Shown here: piece after piece, positions 48,996-56,822 of the stretch
Position numbering within the stretch: position 1 is the stretch's first letter
Layout of the letters: each line of letters opens with the position of its first letter
Source: Acidobacteriota bacterium
Lineage (GTDB): Bacteria; Acidobacteriota; Thermoanaerobaculia; Multivoradales; J023
Direction of reading: 5' to 3'
Assembly (NCBI GenBank): GCA_039194425.1
Contig: JBCCVZ010000018.1
Coordinates: 68,164 to 132,163 of the forward strand
Length of the DNA: 64,000 nt
The notes under the pieces: model-generated
What the model saw: only the letters and a program-made list of their open reading frames with translations
Databases searched by the model: none
Told to the model about the DNA's origin: nothing
Made by a program: the position numbers and the translations under genes

Positions 48996-49562
48996 CCAAA
49001 GACGGTGAGCCATTCTGCCTCCTGAGCCCGCTGACTCAGTGAATCAGATAACGAGTCAAGGGCTAAAGCTCTATTTCCACGGAGATCGAGTCTAGAAGCG
49101 AGAAAAACCAGAGATCTTCTCTCGACTTGGCCTTCTTCGGACTCCCAAGGCCACCGCGGCTTCTCGACAGGAACCGTATGGGCTTGACGCGGCGACGATC
49201 TCCGCCTATGATCTGAGGGTCTCTTCCCTTCCTCTTGTCCCATCAGCCAGTTGATACGCAACCAACGGACTCCTTCCGCTCGGTGCTGGTGCATCTCGAC
49301 ACTCTCGAGACACTGGCGATCTCGCAAGATCCCTGAACCGTACGCCTGGAGATCCGACGCTTTCAACGCCGACTGCTGCGACAGACCGCCGTCGGCCCGA
49401 ACCGGACCGAACTGCTTGATCTCTTCTCCGGCCCACTTCCCGGCCGGGATCCTTCAGAGGGGTACCCAACTCGTCCGCCGGCGCCGTGCCCCGGACGAAC
49501 TGAGTACCGTGGGGCCTCCCACCCCACTCACCCATCTCTCCATCACTGGAGGTCAGTCACCA

Positions 49563-51254
49563 ATGCGTTCCTACCTCACCAGCAAGCCCGCGATTCTCAT
49601 CGCTCTTCTCGCCCTCGTCCTCTCCGGCAGCTCCTTCGCCGCCACCCAGCCGAGCCTCGACATGCTCGGTGGCAGCAGCCAGCTCGTGTGGTACGTCAAC
49701 GGCCCGGCCGACGGCGCGACCCTCGTCATCTCAGTGCCCGACGGCCGCATGCTCGAGGCCGTCGCCGGCCCCGGCGAGCCGCTCTCGTTCTCGCCGTTCG
49801 ATCTCGACGCCGCCCTGCCCGACGGTGTCTACACCTGGGAAATCGTCGTCACGCCGAAGCTGAGCTCGCAGGAGCGCCAGCTGGCCGAGGCCGAGCGCGC
49901 CGCGGGCCTCAGCCCGGCAGTGCAGCTCGACCCCGCCTCGGGCGCGTTCTCGATCCTCGGCGGTTCTATCGTCTGGGACGACGCCACCATCGTCGAGGGT
50001 GACTCCGACGGCGGCTCGTCAGTCGGTGGCAAGGTCGCCGCCGGCGCCGAGGGCCTCGAGGGTCTGCCCACCAAGCAGTTCATCAGCAGCGACCTCACGG
50101 TCCACTTCAGCGCTTGCATCGGCGGTGACTGCGCGACGTCCGAGAGCTACGGTAGCGACACGCTCCGCCTGAAGGAAAACAACCTGCGCATCCACTTCGA
50201 CGACACCAGCAACTCGGCGTCGTTCCCGAACAACGACTGGCGCATCACCGCTAACAGCTCGGACAACGGCGCCGCCAGCTTCCTTTCGATTCAGGACGCC
50301 ACCGCGGGTACCACGCCCTTCTACGTCGGCGCCGGCGCCGGCAACAACGCTCTCTACGTCGAGAACAACACGGGCGACATCGGCGTCGGCACCGCGGCGC
50401 CGGTGGTCGAGGTCCATGTCGCCGACGGCGACACGCCGACGATGCGCCTTGAGCAGAACGGCTCCTCCGGCTTCGCGACGCAGACCTGGGACCTCGCCGG
50501 CAACGAGACGAACTTCTTCGTCCGCAACGTGACCAACGGCTCGCGCCTGCCGTTCCGCATTTTCCCGACCTCTGAAGACGACGCGGTGGTTCTCCGCAAC
50601 AGCGGCGTCGGCATCTTCACCGACAACCCGTCGGCCTCGCTGCACATTCGTCGCACTGACGAAACGGCGAAGATCTTTGTCGAAGAAGCGAACGGCACGG
50701 CCAGCGCCAACGCTCGGACCCTGATGCAGCTCACCAACAACGGCAAGCTCGACTTCCGACTGTCCGACACCAACTCGGGCAACACCTGGAAGTTCGAGAA
50801 CGATCCGAACGCCTTCCTCATTTCGCTCGACGGCAGCGGCGCGACAGAGTTCGGCCTCACCAACGCAGGCAGCCTCGTGATCACTGGCACGCTCACCGAA
50901 GGGTCCGACGTCAACACGAAGGAGAACTTCGAAGCGATCGAGCCGGCGCAGATTCTCGCCGAGGTCCTCGAGCTGCCGATCACCACCTGGAGCTACATCA
51001 ACGACGAGCCGACCGTGCGCCACATCGGTCCGATGGCCCAGGACTTCCACGCCGCCTTCGGCTTCGGCGGCACGGAGACCGGCATTCAGCCGCGCAACCT
51101 CAGCGCCGTCGCACTGGCCGCGATCCAGGGCCTTGACGCCGACGTCAAGGCGACGCTGACCGCGGAGCTTGAGAAGAAGCAGCAGAAGATCGACGAGCTC
51201 GAGTCTCGTCTGGCTGCTCTCGAGGCGCTGATCCAGGCGCAGGCCGCTCAGTAA
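49563..51254 (+). CDS. secreted fibre-like protein with C-terminal S74-like chaperone domain, paralog B
   Basis: ATG at 49563 preceded by GGAGG, with signal peptide MRSYLTSKPAILIALLALVLSGSSFAA. It shares the core of paralogs A and C. The C-terminus GTLTEGSDVNTKENFEAIEP...HIGPMAQDFHAAFGFGGTETGIQPRNLSAVALAAIQGL is followed by a coiled coil. Confidence 0.7.
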   Translation: MRSYLTSKPAILIALLALVLSGSSFAATQPSLDMLGGSSQLVWYVNGPADGATLVISVPDGRMLEAVAGPGEPLSFSPFDLDAALPDGVYTWEIVVTPKLSSQERQLAEAERAAGLSPAVQLDPASGAFSILGGSIVWDDATIVEGDSDGGSSVGGKVAAGAEGLEGLPTKQFISSDLTVHFSACIGGDCATSESYGSDTLRLKENNLRIHFDDTSNSASFPNNDWRITANSSDNGAASFLSIQDATAGTTPFYVGAGAGNNALYVENNTGDIGVGTAAPVVEVHVADGDTPTMRLEQNGSSGFATQTWDLAGNETNFFVRNVTNGSRLPFRIFPTSEDDAVVLRNSGVGIFTDNPSASLHIRRTDETAKIFVEEANGTASANARTLMQLTNNGKLDFRLSDTNSGNTWKFENDPNAFLISLDGSGATEFGLTNAGSLVITGTLTEGSDVNTKENFEAIEPAQILAEVLELPITTWSYINDEPTVRHIGPMAQDFHAAFGFGGTETGIQPRNLSAVALAAIQGLDADVKATLTAELEKKQQKIDELESRLAALEALIQAQAAQ

Positions 51255-51265
51255 GTAAGTCTCCC

Positions 51266-51310
51266 GAGGTGGCCGGGCGACCGGCCACCTCACCCCTCGC
51301 TTATTTTTTG
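51266..51310 (+). terminator. rho-independent terminator after paralog B
   Basis: An 11-bp perfect stem GAGGTGGCCGG-gcga-CCGGCCACCTC is followed by ...CGCTTATTTTTTGG. Confidence 0.6.
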
Positions 51311-51504
51311 GCCTTTTATATCGAAAAATTGAAACGTCAGTATGAGTTAGGCGAAATCCCTGAAAGATCGCGGGCTCAAGTCATCTTGCCGCCCGTTCTT
51401 CACCGAATTCCCTGGCGATCGATCGGTCGTGAGACCATGCAATGAAGCCACCGTTCAACTGATCGAAGATCCATCGTTCGAACCACTACCTCAGGAGGAA
51501 CTCG

Positions 51505-53166
51505 ATGCGTGTTACCCGTTGGCCCCTCTGGCTTGCTCTCGCTCTCAGCCTGGCACTTCTCGTCCCCGGATTCGCCGCGGCGGAAGACGTCGTCAAACTC
51601 GACGCGAACGGCAGAACCATCTACTGGATCCCGCTCGTCGAGCATGTGCAGCAGAATCTGACCCTCACCGGTCCCGCCGGGTTCTGCGACGAGCGCACCT
51701 ACGACGCCTACGAAACGCCGAAGCTCGACACCTCGGAGCTCCGTGACGGCGCCTACAAGTGGCGGTTGGTCTTGGCGCCCGAGATCTCGCGCGAAGTGAA
51801 AGAGATGATCGAGCATGCCCGCGCCAAGGACATCAAGAATCTCGACGACCTCCTGCTCGCCGACGGCCTGGTCAAGGAGCAGATCGCTTCGGGAGTCTTC
51901 CATATTCGGAATGGTGAGGTGATCCTTCCCGATCCGAACACCACGGAAGATCGCCTGGTCGACGCACCCGACAAGCTCGACATCGTTGATCAGCTGGCCA
52001 ACGTGCCGATGAAGCAAGTGATCTCGGGCGATCTCACCGTGTACAACAGCATCTGCGTCGGCTTCGACTGCCTGGCCAACGAGAGCTTCGGCTCGGACAC
52101 CTTCCGCCTCAAGGAGAACAATCTCCGCATCCACTTCCAGGACACCAGCACGGCGGCCTCGTTCCCGACCACCGACTGGCGCCTGGTCGCCAACTCGAAC
52201 CTGAACGGCGGCGCCTCGAAGTTCTCGATCGACGACGCGTCGGCCGGGCGCTCGGTGTTCACCGTCGAGGCCAACGCGCCGTCGAACGCGCTCTACGTCG
52301 ACGACGGCGGCCGAGTCGGCGTCGGCACCAGCACGCCGGTGACCGAGATCCACACCACCAACGGCGACAGCCCGACGCTGCGCCTCGAGCAAAACGGCAG
52401 CGCCGGCTTCGCGCCGCAGACCTGGGACGTCGCCGGCAACGAGACGAACTTCTTCATCCGCGACGCCACCAACGGCTCGGCGCTGCCTTTCCGTATCCGT
52501 CCCGGCGCCGACTCGAACGCGCTCTTCATTGACACCGACAACGACATCGGCATGGGCACGGCGTCCCCGGACGCCAGCCTCGAGGTCGAGCGCACCGACG
52601 CGCAAATCCTGGTCAACGATCAGAACGGGTCGGCGAGCGGCGGCGCGACGCCGCGTACGCTGCTCCGGCTGAGCAACCTCGGCAAGCTCGACTTCCGCCT
52701 CGAGGACCGCAACAGCGGCAACGAGTGGAAGTTCGAGAACGATCCGGGCGGCTTCTTCATCTCGCTCGACGGCAGCGGCGCGACCGAGTTCGCGCTCGCC
52801 AACAACGGCAACCTGACGATCGACGGCACGCTCACCGAGAACTCCGACGTGACGCGCAAGGAAGGCTTCCAGCCGGTCGACCCGAGCCAGATTCTGGCCG
52901 AAGTGGTCGAGCTGCCGATCACCACCTGGGCCTACATCGACGACCCGACGGTCCGCCACATCGGTCCGATGGCCCAGGACTTCCACACCATGTTCGGCTT
53001 CGGTGGCACCGACAAGGGCATCCAGACCCGCAACCTCAGCTCGGTCGCCCTCGCTGCCATCCAGGGCCTGAACGAGGAGCTCGAGGCCAAGGACCAGCGC
53101 ATCGACGAGCTCGAGCAGCGCCTGGCGGCCCTCGAGGCCCTGCTGCTGCAGGCGGCGGCCGACTGA
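51505..53166 (+). CDS. secreted fibre-like protein with C-terminal S74-like chaperone domain, paralog C
   Basis: RBS AGGAGG, signal peptide MRVTRWPLWLALALSLALLVPGFAAA. It shares the core of paralogs A and B. The C-terminus GTLTENSDVTRKEGFQPVDP...HIGPMAQDFHTMFGFGG...LSSVALAAIQGLNEELEAKDQRIDELE is conserved. Confidence 0.7.
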   Translation: MRVTRWPLWLALALSLALLVPGFAAAEDVVKLDANGRTIYWIPLVEHVQQNLTLTGPAGFCDERTYDAYETPKLDTSELRDGAYKWRLVLAPEISREVKEMIEHARAKDIKNLDDLLLADGLVKEQIASGVFHIRNGEVILPDPNTTEDRLVDAPDKLDIVDQLANVPMKQVISGDLTVYNSICVGFDCLANESFGSDTFRLKENNLRIHFQDTSTAASFPTTDWRLVANSNLNGGASKFSIDDASAGRSVFTVEANAPSNALYVDDGGRVGVGTSTPVTEIHTTNGDSPTLRLEQNGSAGFAPQTWDVAGNETNFFIRDATNGSALPFRIRPGADSNALFIDTDNDIGMGTASPDASLEVERTDAQILVNDQNGSASGGATPRTLLRLSNLGKLDFRLEDRNSGNEWKFENDPGGFFISLDGSGATEFALANNGNLTIDGTLTENSDVTRKEGFQPVDPSQILAEVVELPITTWAYIDDPTVRHIGPMAQDFHTMFGFGGTDKGIQTRNLSSVALAAIQGLNEELEAKDQRIDELEQRLAALEALLLQAAAD

Positions 53167-53198
53167 TCGTCGCCCGCACCGACTGAACGTTCGAGGAG

Positions 53199-53230
53199 CC
53201 CGGTCGCCGATGGCGGTGACCGGGCTTTTT
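53199..53230 (+). terminator. rho-independent terminator candidate after paralog C
   Basis: Stem CCCGGTCGCC-gatg-GCGGTGACCGGG (imperfect) followed by CTTTTT. Confidence 0.5.
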
Positions 53231-53286
53231 CGTGCCTGCTAAGCTGCGATGACTTGGAGTCGTCCTTCGTCGATGCACCCGATTCG

Positions 53287-55374
53287 ATGCGCCCGCCCCG
53301 CCCTCTGAGCTCCTGCACGTCGCCGCCGCTCGTCGTCGGTTGCCTGGTCGTGCTCCTGGCCTGCGGCTGTGGCGGCGACGACGAAGCCGCGAACGGGCGC
53401 GAGAACCAGGCCGCCGGCGCCGAGGCCCCGCGGGCCGCTCCACCGACCGCTCCACCGACCGGTCAGCCCGCGACGCCGACCGTGCGTACCACCTCGCCCG
53501 CGGTGATCGACCTGGGACGACGCCTGCGGCTGCGCGGCGTGCCGGACGACCCGACGGTCTCGATCGAGGTGTGGCGCATCGACGAGGACGAGCGCGCCGT
53601 CCTCTTCGAGCACCCGCCGCGGCAGCTGCGCTTCGGACCGTTCACCGGCCGCGGATGCAGCCTGCGCTTCGGCCTGACGATCCGGCCGGAGCACTGGCAG
53701 CAGACGGACGGTGTCGGCTTTCGCGTGGTTCTGGAAGCCGCGGTGCCCGAGCCGACCGGGCTCGAGACGACCCAACCCTCCGGCGCCGAGGAGCACCTGG
53801 TCTTCGAGGAAGCGCTGGTGCCGAGCGCCTACGACGAACCGCGCTGGTTCGATCGAGAAGTTCAGCTGCCACCGCTCGATCAGACGACGGTGCGGCTCGA
53901 GACGACTGTCGGTGCGGCCGGCGATCCGTCGTACGACCATGCCGCGTGGAGCAGCCCGCACCTGGTGTGCGACGCGGTGCCGATCGAGCGCACGGTGGAT
54001 CCTCGGCCGTCGATCCTTCTCGTGTCGATCGACACGCTGCGCCGTGACCACCTCGGCGTCTACGGCTACGCGCGCGACACGAGCCCGGCGATCGACCGCC
54101 TGGCGACGCACAGCGTGGTCTTCGACCGCGCCCTGAGCAATGCCCCCTTCACCCTGCCGACCCACGCGACGATGCTCACCGGCCTCGACGCGGCGACCCA
54201 TCGCGCCGGCTTCGAGCATCCGGAAGCACCACTCGCCGACGTCACCAGTCTCGCCGAGCGGCTGCGCGCCGCCGGCTATCGCACCGTCGCCTTGAGCGCC
54301 GGCGGCTTGATGAGCCGGCGCTACGGCCTCGACCGCGGATTTGACGAATGGCACGAGCTGCAGCGCGCCAACCTGCGCTCGACCCTACCGACCGTGCTCG
54401 ACGCCCTGCTCCATCCGGCCGACGGCGCGGCGTGCGGCCCGGTCTTCATCCTGGTCCACACCTACGACGTCCACGGCCCGTACCAGCAGCCCGTCGGCCA
54501 CCGGACGTTCCGCACGCCAGCGGGACTCGGCGGGGCGGGACACGACGGCCCGAGCCCAAGAGATCGTGCGACCGACGAAGAGACCTGGCAACGCGTGCAG
54601 GCAATGCGCTACCACCGCTACCTGCTGCTCGATCGCTTCGCCGGGCTCACCGACGTGATCGACGCCTACGACTCCGGGATCCACTTCGTCGACAGCCAGC
54701 TCGAGCTCCTCGAGCGCTTCCTCGAGCGCGCCGACTTGGCCGACACGACGGTGCGCATCGTCACCTCGGACCACGGCGAAAGTCTCTTTGACCGCGGCCG
54801 CTACCTGGGCCACAGCTACAGCTTCGACGACGCCGAGCTGCGCATCCCGCTGATCGTCCACGTCCCGGGCCAACTGCCGGCACGCCGCGACGAGCCGGTC
54901 GGCCTGCTCGATTTGGCGCCGACGATCCTCCGCCTGGCCGAGCTCGAGGTGCCGGCGACGCTCCCGGGGATCGACCTGCTGGCGCCCCCCGCCGAGCGCG
55001 CCGGCGAACGTCAGCTCGCGGGCGGCTCGCCGCACCTCGGCTCGCTCTTCGTGCGCGACGCGTCGTGGCTGGTGGCGACGCCGACGCGCGACGGCTGGCG
55101 CGGTGAGGCGCGCAAGCTCTTCGGTGCGACCAGCCAACAGTTCGACCACGTCTGGCGCATCGCCCCCGTGAGCACCGACGGCTCACTCGCGCATGCTCCG
55201 CGCGCCGAGCGTTCCTCCGTCGGCGAAGAAGTCCCGCGCGCCGTGCGGGATCTGGTGCGCCAGCTGCATCCCCGCGAGACGCCCGGCGCCCTGACGGTGG
55301 ACGGCCCCGCCGACGGAATCGAACGCGATCCGGAGGCCGAAGCGGACCTGCGCGCGCTAGGCTATCTCCAATGA
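53287..55374 (+). CDS. sulfatase-like (alkaline-phosphatase superfamily) lipoprotein, Thr-nucleophile variant, with about 230-aa N-terminal extension
   Basis: The track start 53254 is a TTG. The ATG is at 53287 (MRPPRP...) and is followed by a lipobox VVLLACGCGG. The sulfatase N-terminal motif is ILLVSIDTLRRDHLGVYGY. The signature region reads FTLPTHATMLTG, i.e. T-x-P-x-H in place of C-x-P-x-R. Confidence 0.7.
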   Translation: MRPPRPLSSCTSPPLVVGCLVVLLACGCGGDDEAANGRENQAAGAEAPRAAPPTAPPTGQPATPTVRTTSPAVIDLGRRLRLRGVPDDPTVSIEVWRIDEDERAVLFEHPPRQLRFGPFTGRGCSLRFGLTIRPEHWQQTDGVGFRVVLEAAVPEPTGLETTQPSGAEEHLVFEEALVPSAYDEPRWFDREVQLPPLDQTTVRLETTVGAAGDPSYDHAAWSSPHLVCDAVPIERTVDPRPSILLVSIDTLRRDHLGVYGYARDTSPAIDRLATHSVVFDRALSNAPFTLPTHATMLTGLDAATHRAGFEHPEAPLADVTSLAERLRAAGYRTVALSAGGLMSRRYGLDRGFDEWHELQRANLRSTLPTVLDALLHPADGAACGPVFILVHTYDVHGPYQQPVGHRTFRTPAGLGGAGHDGPSPRDRATDEETWQRVQAMRYHRYLLLDRFAGLTDVIDAYDSGIHFVDSQLELLERFLERADLADTTVRIVTSDHGESLFDRGRYLGHSYSFDDAELRIPLIVHVPGQLPARRDEPVGLLDLAPTILRLAELEVPATLPGIDLLAPPAERAGERQLAGGSPHLGSLFVRDASWLVATPTRDGWRGEARKLFGATSQQFDHVWRIAPVSTDGSLAHAPRAERSSVGEEVPRAVRDLVRQLHPRETPGALTVDGPADGIERDPEAEADLRALGYLQ

Positions 55375-56822
55375 ACAAGCTCACGTCCTTCTTTGCGCCG
55401 GCCGGCGCCCTCGTCCTCACGGCGCTCGGCCTCGGCCTGCTCACCACGGGCTGCGGCGGCTCACCCGACCGCCCCAACGTGCTCCTGATCTCGGTCGACA
55501 CGCTGCGCGCCGATCGGCTCGGCACCTACGGCTATGACCGCGGTACCAGCCCAGCCATCGACGCTCTCGGCGCCGAGGCCGCGGTCTTCGACCGTGCGAT
55601 CAGCCAGTCGCCGTGGACCACTCCGTCGCACATGTCGCTCTTCACCTCGCTGCATCCGTCGAGCCACGGCGTGAACCAGGGCTGGTTCGAGTTCCTCGCC
55701 TTCAGCCGCGGCGAGGCCGAGTACCGCGTGCTGCCGGAAGACGTGCCGACGCTGCCGCAGCTGCTCTCCGACGCCGGCTACCGCACGCGCGCGCTCACCG
55801 GCGGCGGCACCGTCGGCGCGCAGCTCGGATTCGGCCGCGGCTTCGAGGAGTATCGCCAGGACGCGCGCAAGCTGCGTCCCGAGCATTGGAGCCAGCTCGT
55901 CGACTGGCTGGAGGAGGACGACGAGCGCCCCTTCTTCCTCTTCTTCCACACCTTCGAGGTGCATGCGCCCTACACCCATGTCGACGACGCACGCGGTGTG
56001 ATCGGCGACGAAGCGGCCGATCGCCTCGAGCACTTCTACGCCGAGAACCCGGAGCTGAGCGAGAACGAGGCGCGCAAGGACCTCGAGCGCGCTGGTCTCT
56101 TCCGCGTCGAGGTCACCTCGCGTCTCTACGACGGCGGTATCCGCTTCACCGACCGCTTTCTCGGCGACTTTTTCGACCAGCTCCGGCAGCGGGACCTGTG
56201 GGACGACACGATCGTGATCTTCCTCAGCGATCACGGCGAAGAGTTCGCGGACCATCGCCCGAACAAGATCTACAACGTGCACTGCGACGCGCTGTGGGAC
56301 GTGTTCATCCACGTGCCGCTGATCCTGCGCGTCCCCGGGCGGTACGACGACGGCCGCCGGATCGACGGCCAGGTGAGCCTGGTCGATGTCGCCCCGACCT
56401 TGCTCGAGCTACTCGACCTGCCGATCCCGCCGACCATGCGCGGCGACAGCCTGGTGTCACGCCTCGACGGCGCACCGGCCGAGGCGCGCAGACCGGTGTT
56501 CAGCGAATCGCCCTGCCTCGGCCCGGAGTGGAAGGCGCTCCGCACCGAGAGCTACAAGTACATCGTCGGTTTCGAGGCGCCGCGGGGCGAACGCACCGGC
56601 ATTCCGGGCCCGCCGCTGCACGAAATGCTCTACGACCTCGAGACCGACCCGCGCGAGCAGGTCGACCTCTCGACTAGCGACATCGAGCTCCGCGACCGCA
56701 TGCGCCGTCGGCTTGTCCGCTTCTTTACCGAGGAGGCGACGCCGGTCGGCGAGGACGCGGCCTCGATCGAGATGGACGAAGAGCTCGAAGAGCAGCTGCG
56801 CTCGCTCGGCTACATCGACTGA
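55371..56822 (+). CDS. sulfatase-like (alkaline-phosphatase superfamily) lipoprotein, Thr-nucleophile variant
   Basis: Its start overlaps the upstream stop (ATGA), and the lipobox is LLTTGCGG. The sulfatase N-terminal motif is VLLISVDTLRADRLGTYGYDRGTSPAID. The signature is SPWTTPSHMSLFTS (TTPSH versus the canonical CTPSR). A metal-binding pair appears in SDHGEEF. Confidence 0.75.
   Translation: MNKLTSFFAPAGALVLTALGLGLLTTGCGGSPDRPNVLLISVDTLRADRLGTYGYDRGTSPAIDALGAEAAVFDRAISQSPWTTPSHMSLFTSLHPSSHGVNQGWFEFLAFSRGEAEYRVLPEDVPTLPQLLSDAGYRTRALTGGGTVGAQLGFGRGFEEYRQDARKLRPEHWSQLVDWLEEDDERPFFLFFHTFEVHAPYTHVDDARGVIGDEAADRLEHFYAENPELSENEARKDLERAGLFRVEVTSRLYDGGIRFTDRFLGDFFDQLRQRDLWDDTIVIFLSDHGEEFADHRPNKIYNVHCDALWDVFIHVPLILRVPGRYDDGRRIDGQVSLVDVAPTLLELLDLPIPPTMRGDSLVSRLDGAPAEARRPVFSESPCLGPEWKALRTESYKYIVGFEAPRGERTGIPGPPLHEMLYDLETDPREQVDLSTSDIELRDRMRRRLVRFFTEEATPVGEDAASIEMDEELEEQLRSLGYID

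Noticed and set aside
51440-51490. tRNA-like T-loop motif (GTTCGAACC) in the B-C intergenic region
   Set aside because: I found no acceptor stem, anticodon arm or CCA context. It is most likely chance.
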